Shown here in pieces: positions 36,816 to 43,962 of a DNA stretch of 43,962 bases. The stretch is taken from positions 1 to 43,962 of the forward strand of contig SHYV01000003.1 in NCBI GenBank assembly GCA_009692605.1, written 5' to 3'. Below the pieces are notes generated by a model, which saw only the letters and a list, made by a program, of their open reading frames with translations, was not told the origin of the DNA and did no database searches. This DNA is from Myxococcales bacterium (GTDB lineage Bacteria > Myxococcota_A > UBA796 > SXON01). Numbering within the stretch: the first letter of the stretch is position 1; every line of letters starts with the position of its first letter. The translations under genes were made by a program, and so were the position numbers.

Positions 36816-38435
36816 ATGGTCGAGCTCTCGAACGTTACCAAGCAACACGGCAGTCAGGTGCTGTTCCTCGACACGTCGTTGAAGATCAACCCCGGCGAGA
36901 AGGTCGGGCTGGTTGGCGCCAACGGAGCCGGAAAGACGACGATCTTCCGTATGATCCTGGGCGAAGAGCGCCCAGACGAAGGCACCGTCGAGCGCCCAAA
37001 GCGGCTCACGCTGGGCTACTTCCGGCAGGACTTCGCAGAGTGGCGCGAGCGCAGCGTGCTCGCCGAGACCATCGCAGGGGCAGGCACGCTGGCCGACCTC
37101 GGAGAGGAGCTCGCGTTGCTCGAGGAGCGGCTCGGAGACTGCGACGCGCCCGACTACGATCGAGTGATTGAGCGCTACGGCGAGGTGCAGGCCCAGTTCT
37201 CGGAGCGCGGCGGCTACGATCTCGACGCCCGGGCGCGCGCGATCCTCTCTGGACTGGGCTTCCGGAACGAAGAGGTGGACGGCGCGATCGGCGCGCTCTC
37301 GGGTGGATGGCGTATGCGGGTACAGCTCGCCCGAATCCTGCTCGCGCGCCCAGAGCTGCTGCTGCTCGACGAGCCCACCAACTACCTCGACATCGAGAGC
37401 ATCGTCTGGTTGGAGGGCTGGCTGCGCGAGTACCCGGGCGCAGTCCTCATGACGTGCCACGACCGCGACGTGCTGAACCGCGTCGTTCGACGGGTGATCG
37501 AGATTGATGGTGGGAAGTTCCGTAGCTACAGCGGAGACTACGACGCGTACGAGCGAGCCCGAATCCTCGACGCCGCCCAGCGCGAGGCGGAGTACGAAAA
37601 GCAACAGGCGATGCTGGAGAAGGAGCTGCGGTTCATCGAGCGGTTCAAGAAGCAGCCGTCCAAGGCGTCGCAGGTGCAGTCGCGGGCCAAGAAGATCGAC
37701 AAGATCGAGAAGATCGAGCCCCCGCGCCGCATCATCGAGCGCACCTTCGCGTTCCGCAAGCCAGATCGCAGCGGCAACGACGTCATCGCGCTGAAGGGCG
37801 TGAGCAAACGATACGGCGAGCGCGCCATCCACAAGGGTGTCACGCTGATGATCCGCCGGACCGAGCGCTGGGCGATCATGGGAGAAAACGGCGCCGGGAA
37901 GACCACGCTGCTGAAGATGATGGCGTCTGCGCTCACCCCCGACACGGGCGACGTGGTGATCGGAGCCTCGGTGGGGCTCGGGTACTACGCACAGCACCAG
38001 ATGGAGCAGCTCGATGGCGACCACACCGTGCTCGAAGAGCTCGAAGCCCACGCGCCACGCGCCGGGATGGGCACGCTGCGGCAGCTCGCCGGCGCGTTCG
38101 GCTTCTCCGGCGACGACGTAGACAAGCCCATCTTCGTCCTGTCCGGCGGCGAGAAAGCACGGCTCGCGCTCGCCAAGATGTTGTATGACGCGCCGAACCT
38201 GCTCGTGCTGGACGAGCCGACCAACCATCTGGACCTGACCACCAAGCGAGCGCTGGTCAAGGCGCTCTCCGACTATGATGGCACCATCGTTTTCGTGAGC
38301 CATGACCGGGCGTTCCTGCGCGCGCTCGCCACCCGCGTCGTCGAGCTCACCTCCGAGGGGCCGCGCGTGTACGAGGGTTCGTACGACGAGTACGTTCAGG
38401 CGGTAGGGCGAGAGGCCCCGGGACTGCGGGCCTGA
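36816..38435 (+). CDS. ABC-F family ATP-binding protein (ribosome-associated, no TM domain)
   Basis: Two ABC cassettes (GANGAGKT/LSGGW/LDEPTNYLD and GENGAGKT/LSGGE/LDEPTNHLD) joined by a helical linker; no hydrophobic segments. Confidence 0.95.
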   Translation: MVELSNVTKQHGSQVLFLDTSLKINPGEKVGLVGANGAGKTTIFRMILGEERPDEGTVERPKRLTLGYFRQDFAEWRERSVLAETIAGAGTLADLGEELALLEERLGDCDAPDYDRVIERYGEVQAQFSERGGYDLDARARAILSGLGFRNEEVDGAIGALSGGWRMRVQLARILLARPELLLLDEPTNYLDIESIVWLEGWLREYPGAVLMTCHDRDVLNRVVRRVIEIDGGKFRSYSGDYDAYERARILDAAQREAEYEKQQAMLEKELRFIERFKKQPSKASQVQSRAKKIDKIEKIEPPRRIIERTFAFRKPDRSGNDVIALKGVSKRYGERAIHKGVTLMIRRTERWAIMGENGAGKTTLLKMMASALTPDTGDVVIGASVGLGYYAQHQMEQLDGDHTVLEELEAHAPRAGMGTLRQLAGAFGFSGDDVDKPIFVLSGGEKARLALAKMLYDAPNLLVLDEPTNHLDLTTKRALVKALSDYDGTIVFVSHDRAFLRALATRVVELTSEGPRVYEGSYDEYVQAVGREAPGLRA

Positions 38436-38448
38436 GTTACGTGCGGGC

Positions 38449-39150
38449 ATGATCCGCGACGCCAGCAAGCGCCTTGAGCAGGAGACCGACGTCGGCCGGG
38501 TGGCGGACAGCGTCATCGCGGCCCGGCTGGGGATCTCCCGAAAGACCGTGCTCGCCTGGCGAAAGCGCATGGGCATCCGCGCCTTTGACAACCCCACCCC
38601 CACCCGCGAAGCCCCCAACGCCGCTGCGGCACTCAGCCCTTCGTCGTTCGCGCCGGAGACCGCCCGCAAGGCCAAGGCGTCGCGGCTCGACGCCTACTTC
38701 GACGTGCTCGGGACCGTGCCGGACCGCACCGTCGCGGAGCAGGCCGGGGTCAGCCCCGAGAACGTACGGATGTACCGCCATCGTCGCGGCATCGAAGCCC
38801 AGTGGCGTGCGGGAGAGGGCCCACCCACCCGCGTGGAGCTGGCGCTCACCGCCGTCGAAGCCGAGCTTGGGCGCGTCGCGGACACCGTGATCGCTCAGCG
38901 CGTCGGCGTGTCCCGGTCCGCAGTGACCCAGTACCGAGCGAAAAAGGGCATTCCCGCCGGTCGGGGAGATGGGCCTTCCGCGTCGCCCGAGGTCCCGACC
39001 ATCGCCGCCCTGGGGTTCGAAGTCCGCCTCGCCACGGTCCACGGCGAAGAGACGGTCACCGTCCTAGCGCCCACCGCGACCGCAGCGGTGGTCGCCGCGA
39101 CGAGGCTTGGCGAGGTCATTCAGCTCCGGCGCATCGGTCGCGTGGTTTAG
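38449..39150 (+). CDS. Hypothetical protein with three 29-aa HTH-like repeats
   Basis: Ungapped repeats at 38491-38577, 38707-38793 and 38866-38952; consensus LG.V.D..iA...GvS...V..[YW]R...GI. Confidence 0.8.
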   Translation: MIRDASKRLEQETDVGRVADSVIAARLGISRKTVLAWRKRMGIRAFDNPTPTREAPNAAAALSPSSFAPETARKAKASRLDAYFDVLGTVPDRTVAEQAGVSPENVRMYRHRRGIEAQWRAGEGPPTRVELALTAVEAELGRVADTVIAQRVGVSRSAVTQYRAKKGIPAGRGDGPSASPEVPTIAALGFEVRLATVHGEETVTVLAPTATAAVVAATRLGEVIQLRRIGRVV

Positions 39151-39172
39151 GCGGCCGAGTCAAGCGGGCTCG

Positions 39173-40252
39173 TCAGCCGGCCAGCGCCCGCACGCGTCCG
39201 ATCACCTCGGCGTCCGGCGAGGCGACATAGACGTACTCCGTGTTCCGAAGGTGGCTGACCACACCGACCTTCTCGCCCTTCGGATTGTGGATCCCGATCT
39301 GCGCGCCAACGTAGCGCTTGAAGTCGTGCTCGATCACGGCCACCTCCCCCCGCCCCCGAAGCATGGACTCGATGTCCTCGCGCGTGATGTACCCCTCGTT
39401 GCTGAACGATACGACGAGGTGCTTCACCCGAAGCCCCTCGATGACCTGCCGCAGCGCCTCGCGCGCCGCCGGACGCGAGTTGAACCGGCTGCCCCGATCG
39501 CGGCAGTCGACGCGTTTGCAGGCCACCCCGTACGTCTCCGGCTTGTCCCACAGCACCAAAGACTCCCAGATATGATAGTTTCCAAGATATTTATGCTGAT
39601 TATACGGCGGATCGAGGTAGCCCACATCGCCCACCAGGGTAGCGGTCGCCTCGGCGGCGTCGAGCTGGTGCGCTCCGCCCTTTCCAGACCGAGCGGCAGG
39701 CAGCAGCTCCGGGACCCGCAGCTCAAGCAGGTGATGCGCCCGGGGTGCCCACTGCTTGAGGTAGGCCATTTGGAGGCCGGTCGTGGAGTCGACGCGGTCC
39801 GCGGCCTCCATGAGCGAGACAAGAACCACCGCTTCAAGCTCTGGCGAAAGGCCCTTCCGGCAGATCTCCTCACGAATTGCGTCGATGCGAGCGCCGTTAC
39901 GTGGCTGAAAAAACCGGCTGCGCTCACAAAACGTATCCGTGAAGTACCCCGCCGAACCCGGCAAGCGGTTGAACTCGGCCACGAGTGACCCCGCGCTCCG
40001 CATGAGGCCCAGGGAGCCGAGCTCGTCCGCATCGGCCTGGACATAGCAGCGGGCCAGGGTGGCGGCGTAGGCGTTGTGGTCGTTGGCCAGCACGCGGTAG
40101 CCAACCCGCTTCGCGGCGTGACCCACCCGCGAGGTGCCTGAAAACAGGTCGATCACCGTGCTGCCGGCCCCCGAAGTCGCCGGCTGGACCGCCCAAAGGA
40201 CGCGCATGATCGTCGGGATCAGCGTGCGCTTGGAGCCTAGGTACTTGATCAT
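39173..40252 (-). CDS. N6-adenine DNA methyltransferase, D12/alpha class
   Basis: AGGAG RBS; KYLGSKRTL, motif I DLFSGT, motif IV YLDPPY, VSFSNEG. The order motif I - TRD - DPPY indicates alpha class. Confidence 0.9.
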   Translation of the reverse strand: MIKYLGSKRTLIPTIMRVLWAVQPATSGAGSTVIDLFSGTSRVGHAAKRVGYRVLANDHNAYAATLARCYVQADADELGSLGLMRSAGSLVAEFNRLPGSAGYFTDTFCERSRFFQPRNGARIDAIREEICRKGLSPELEAVVLVSLMEAADRVDSTTGLQMAYLKQWAPRAHHLLELRVPELLPAARSGKGGAHQLDAAEATATLVGDVGYLDPPYNQHKYLGNYHIWESLVLWDKPETYGVACKRVDCRDRGSRFNSRPAAREALRQVIEGLRVKHLVVSFSNEGYITREDIESMLRGRGEVAVIEHDFKRYVGAQIGIHNPKGEKVGVVSHLRNTEYVYVASPDAEVIGRVRALAG

Positions 40253-40371
40253 TCGGTGCTCCTAACAACTGGCCCAACCAGACCTCCCCTCCACCGGCGA
40301 GCGGGACGGCGACCAATCGGGACATTCCCGGCGCTGCCAGCCCGGCGTCCGCGTGCCATATTGGCGCCATC

Positions 40372-41967
40372 ATGCTCAGCGCACTGTTCCCGCTCGCCGC
40401 CCCGCCCGCCGCCCCGCTTACGTTCCCGCTCGCCTCTCAGCTCGCCTTCCGGGTGGCCTTCCAGGTCTCCTTCTTGGGCGCGCTGTTCGTCGCGCCCGCA
40501 CTGGCGAACCCGCCCGCCGCCACGGAGAGCACCGCCACGCCGAGCGGTCTGCGCGTCTCCGCCCGCGTCCACGCCGAGGCCCTGGTCGGGTTTCCCGTGG
40601 TCGTCGATTTCACCATCCAGAACGAGTCGGCGACCACCCAGATGTTCCCCGATCTCGCGGCGCGCCCTCACCTCGCCCGCTTTTCCATCAATGGGCCCAA
40701 GGGAAAGTCCGAGCGGTACAACACGCCTCCCGCTTTCGACGTCGCCTCCACTTGGAGCCTCGCGCCCCACTCCGAGCGCAACGTCCTGCTCGAGATCCCC
40801 AGCTCCGCAGGTTTTGCGGCGGGCGACTACACCATCACGGTCAGCGTGCAGGATCCCGGCGGCGCGCTCACGTTTGCACCCGTAAAGCTCACCCTCGCTA
40901 CGCCCAAGCCGATCGCGGGAACACCGGTCTGGGAGCCGACGATCGCCCAAAACCTCGGGACGATCTTCCCGTGGGTGCAAGACCGGCAGGGCGCTACCGG
41001 CTCCGCTGCAGCGCTCTACCTGATGCAGTTCGACGCACGCGCGCAGACGCGGGCGTTCGCCCAATACTGGCTGGCGGATCTGGCCAGCCCGGTGGACCCG
41101 GTGCTCACCCGCTCCCGGGCAGGCGAGTCATTCTCCCGGTACGTCTACTGGTTGGTCCCAGGCACCACCACTGCGACCATGGCGTTCGGGCGACTCGACG
41201 GAACGTCTTTCCGGTCGGTGCAGACCGCGTCGCTGCCCTACCCGACCGCGGATCTCTTCGACCGGGGGATCACAGACGCACGCGGGCAGCTCGTCCTCCC
41301 GCTCTGGGTACCCTCCCCGGCAGGCAAGGGCGGCTCGCTCAAGATCTGGACCGTGAACGAGCGCGGCGTCCAGTCGCTCCGCAACATGGTGGACCTGCCC
41401 TCGCGTCCCACCCTTCATGCCACGGCCATCGACGCCGCGTCCAACCTCCTCGTCGCGATCGGGGTGGCTGGAGGGGTCGATGTCTACCGCGCCGATATCA
41501 CCCAACCGCCTGAGATCCCCGCCCGTGGCACGCGCCACTGGGCCGCCATCCCAGGGTGGTCGCCGGCGGCGATCACCTTCGACGTGCTGCCCGACGCGGC
41601 CTCCCGCCCCGGTGGGCTGTCGTTGTTCACGCTGCTCCGCTCGAACTCAACCGCAGAATGGAAGTCGCAGTGGAGCGACCTCGCCGGCGGCGCGTTCTCG
41701 CCCGGCGGAGGCCCCTGGTCGCTCCCCGGAGAGCTCGTATCCATGGTGACCAGCGGGTACGGAACCTTTTACACCGTGTCGCGGGACCCGACCGGCGCCT
41801 ACTGGTACCAGCCGCAAGGGACCACTCCCGCGAGCGTCGCGGCAGCGATCCCACTGAAATCGCTTAACAACCCCACCCTGTTCCTGTCGGGCGACATGGT
41901 GCGCGCCCGCGTTCTAGGCGGGCAGTCGGTGGTCACCGACGTCACGCTCGGACCAACGATCAAGTAG
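40372..41967 (+). CDS. Hypothetical secreted beta-rich protein
   Basis: Signal-like segment ending APALA; Ig-like first domain (GDYTITVSV); Trp/Tyr/Gly-rich remainder. Start uncertain. Confidence 0.7.
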   Translation: MLSALFPLAAPPAAPLTFPLASQLAFRVAFQVSFLGALFVAPALANPPAATESTATPSGLRVSARVHAEALVGFPVVVDFTIQNESATTQMFPDLAARPHLARFSINGPKGKSERYNTPPAFDVASTWSLAPHSERNVLLEIPSSAGFAAGDYTITVSVQDPGGALTFAPVKLTLATPKPIAGTPVWEPTIAQNLGTIFPWVQDRQGATGSAAALYLMQFDARAQTRAFAQYWLADLASPVDPVLTRSRAGESFSRYVYWLVPGTTTATMAFGRLDGTSFRSVQTASLPYPTADLFDRGITDARGQLVLPLWVPSPAGKGGSLKIWTVNERGVQSLRNMVDLPSRPTLHATAIDAASNLLVAIGVAGGVDVYRADITQPPEIPARGTRHWAAIPGWSPAAITFDVLPDAASRPGGLSLFTLLRSNSTAEWKSQWSDLAGGAFSPGGGPWSLPGELVSMVTSGYGTFYTVSRDPTGAYWYQPQGTTPASVAAAIPLKSLNNPTLFLSGDMVRARVLGGQSVVTDVTLGPTIK

Positions 41968-43483
41968 CCCCGGCGCGGCCCCCGGACCGACGGAACCCCA
42001 GCGCAGCGAGCGCGAAGGCCAACCACGCAGGCCAACCCCCGCCGGATGAAGGCGTCGCGCAGCCGCAACCCCCTTCGACCTTCACCGCGTCGCCGGTGTC
42101 ATCGACCGGGTCCGGCGCGACGTCATCGTCGCTGCCATCGCAGTCGGAGTCCACACCGTCGCCTTCGACCCCGACGGCGCCTGGGTAGATCTCCGGGTTG
42201 GTGTCGTCACAGTCCAGGGGGCTGTCGAAGCCGTCCCCGTCGGCATCATCGTCATTGCCGTCGCAGTCCTGATCGATGTCGTCGTAGTAGACCTCAGCCG
42301 CCTCGGGGTTCACCGCGGCGTCATTGTCGTTGCAGTCGTCGCCGCCAAAATCATCCGTGTCATACCCGTCCCCATCGGCGTCGTAGTCGGAGTCCCCAGA
42401 GCAGTCCGCGTCGACGCCATCGTACAAGACGTCCTCGGCGCCGGGGTAGACGCCAGCGTCGGTGTCCTCACAGTCGTCGCCCAGTCCGTCCGGCGCCGCC
42501 GGGCTCTCGTGGCCATCCCCATCCTGATCGTAGTCCGACCCACCGCCGCAATCTTCGTCGATCCCGTCGTACCAGATCTCCTCGGCGCCCGGGTAGGCGT
42601 CGGGCGCGGCGTCATCGCAGTCGTCCCCGCCGCAAAACACGCCGCTGTGGCCGTCCCCGTCCGCGTCGCAGCCCGCGCAAAGATCCGTGACCGCCCACGC
42701 AGCCGCGACCTCGGCCACGCTGTCCCCCTCGATGACCACGAAGGTGAAGTCCGACGACGCACCTGCGGCGATGGAGCCGCGCGGGGCGAGCCGGATGCCC
42801 AACGCGGAGTCAGCAACGGCCTCGTCGTCGTCCCCGAGCGTCGGGCGAGCGGAGTAGCTCGTGCTCCAGCCTGCGTGGTGACCCAGCTCGGAAATAACCG
42901 GATCACAGGCTCCGAAAGCGAGGGCGTAGCCAGTGGCCGCGGCCGAGCTGACCGCAAGGTCGTCGGCGCCGTCCCCGTCGGTGTCAAGGACATCGTTGAT
43001 GGTCTCGAAGACGCCGTCCGGATCGGGATCGACCTCGAAATAGAGGCCCAGCTCCTCCAATTCAGCGCCGGGCCCAGCGGTAACGTGAAAGTTGACCCGG
43101 ACCTCCTTGCCCGCCCGGAGCCAGGCCTGAGTCCCTACGATCTCGGCCCCCGTCCCCGTGTAGGTGTACGTGGCGATAGCCGCATCGGAGGTCGAGAGGT
43201 CCGCCTCGCCGCTCACGAAGCACGACGCAAACTCATCGTTGGAGTTGGCGTAGTAGGCGAGCGACTCGTCAAGAAGATCATACTCGAAGGCGAACATCTG
43301 CCACGGGTAGCCGGCATAGGCCCAGTCCACCCACTCGGGCCCGTGCAGCGCCTGAAAACCCATCCCGGCGTCCTGATCGTTCCAGGTGCCGGACGAGTCG
43401 AAGTAGATGCGCAGCGCATCTCCGGCCACGAGCTCGTCGGCGGGGGCGAGCCCGGGGAGGAGGACGAGCAGAAGAGAGATCAT
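41960..43483 (-). CDS. Secreted protein with Cys/Asp-rich MopE-like repeats and a MYXO-CTERM tail
   Basis: ATG 43483, MISLLLVLLPGLAPA signal; four DC.D.....[YN]P.A....DG.D.DC.G repeats; tail EGGCGCATPSSGGGWPAWLAFALAALGFRR. Confidence 0.85.
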   Translation of the reverse strand: MISLLLVLLPGLAPADELVAGDALRIYFDSSGTWNDQDAGMGFQALHGPEWVDWAYAGYPWQMFAFEYDLLDESLAYYANSNDEFASCFVSGEADLSTSDAAIATYTYTGTGAEIVGTQAWLRAGKEVRVNFHVTAGPGAELEELGLYFEVDPDPDGVFETINDVLDTDGDGADDLAVSSAAATGYALAFGACDPVISELGHHAGWSTSYSARPTLGDDDEAVADSALGIRLAPRGSIAAGASSDFTFVVIEGDSVAEVAAAWAVTDLCAGCDADGDGHSGVFCGGDDCDDAAPDAYPGAEEIWYDGIDEDCGGGSDYDQDGDGHESPAAPDGLGDDCEDTDAGVYPGAEDVLYDGVDADCSGDSDYDADGDGYDTDDFGGDDCNDNDAAVNPEAAEVYYDDIDQDCDGNDDDADGDGFDSPLDCDDTNPEIYPGAVGVEGDGVDSDCDGSDDDVAPDPVDDTGDAVKVEGGCGCATPSSGGGWPAWLAFALAALGFRRSGGRAGAT

Positions 43484-43538
43484 CGGACAATTATAGCAGC
43501 GAACGGCGGGAGCGGTTCCGGTGCCGCCCACATCCGCG

Positions 43539-43962
43539 TCACTCGCAGCGCTGGAAGACCGACATGCACTTGATGGTGGTCGCCTGCCCGCCCGTGATCG
43601 TGACCTTTCCGGCAGGGGCCATCGCACCGCCCAGGAAGGCGGCCTCGATCGCGTAGTTCCCGGCGGGGAGATCGCCCGCAGGGTACCGGCCGCCAGCCCC
43701 TACGAGCACCACCGTGTCGGCCTCGCCGGTGACCCGATAGAAGCCCTTCGCAGCGGGCGCCGGAGCAACGCTGACCGCAGCCTCGGAAGTGGCGGGCTTC
43801 GCCACCGCCTTCACCACCGCCTTCACCACCGCCTTCACCTCAGGCTTGGAGAGCGCGACTGGCGCATCTGCCGATGACCCGCTCACGGGAGGTTCACTCG
43901 AGCCCACTGAATCAAGCGCAGCGATGTCGGGGGCGCCGGGGGGGGCGCCGGGGGGAACGAGC
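43539..43962 (-). CDS. C-terminal fragment of a protein (Pro/Ala linker + small beta domain ending CxxxxxxC); 5' end outside the window
   Basis: The frame stays open to the window edge (LVPPGAPPGAPDIAALDSVGSS...) and ends GNYAIEAAF...TIKCMSVFQRCE. Confidence 0.65.
   Translation of the reverse strand, partial: LVPPGAPPGAPDIAALDSVGSSEPPVSGSSADAPVALSKPEVKAVVKAVVKAVAKPATSEAAVSVAPAPAAKGFYRVTGEADTVVLVGAGGRYPAGDLPAGNYAIEAAFLGGAMAPAGKVTITGGQATTIKCMSVFQRCE
43802..43837 (-). repeat. Perfect in-frame 12-bp tandem repeat x3 (CCACCGCCTTCA on +), encoding VKAV repeats
   Basis: ccaccgccttca ccaccgccttca ccaccgccttca. Confidence 0.9.

Noticed and set aside
38449-40252. Restriction-modification or defence system
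   Set aside because: No PD-(D/E)xK, HNH or other nuclease motif was recognised nearby; the two genes are convergent and there are no mobility genes.
42120-42680. CRISPR-like periodicity in the GTCGCAGTC/CCGTC-rich tracts (also 14380-15120)
   Set aside because: The repeats are degenerate at third codon positions and encode Cys/Asp protein repeats; there are no identical repeats with unique spacers and no cas genes.

Overview
Very GC-rich (roughly 70% by eye), gene-dense bacterial DNA. MYXO-CTERM-like sorting tails at both ends and Cys/Asp-rich 'MopE-like' repeat proteins point to a Myxococcota-type organism (inference). Contents in order: an LRR protein; a gap-pgk-tpiA-rnd operon; a Flp pilin missed by the ORF track plus a CpaE/TadZ protein with no other tad genes; a flippase-like gene and a stand-alone GT-B-like half domain, converging on a 7.4-kb minus-strand run (Thr-nucleophile sulfatase-like lipoprotein, EF-hand lipoprotein, frameshifted MopE-repeat/FGE-fold gene, two sulfotransferases, a guanidino-modifying enzyme); polyprenyl synthase, Nudix hydrolase, M14 peptidase, plsC, a tandem AAA+ ATPase, kbl, an orphan RND permease and a DEAD-box helicase; an MBOAT + 2xSGNH + LysM O-acylation locus; an ABC-F ATPase; a protein with three 29-aa HTH-like repeats; an orphan adenine methyltransferase; and secreted proteins. 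A ~43-bp GTAG-containing palindromic element occurs twice, once between convergent genes and once inside a predicted coding sequence. I recognised no rRNA, tRNA, CRISPR array, integrase, transposase or reverse transcriptase. All family assignments come from motifs read by eye, not from database searches.
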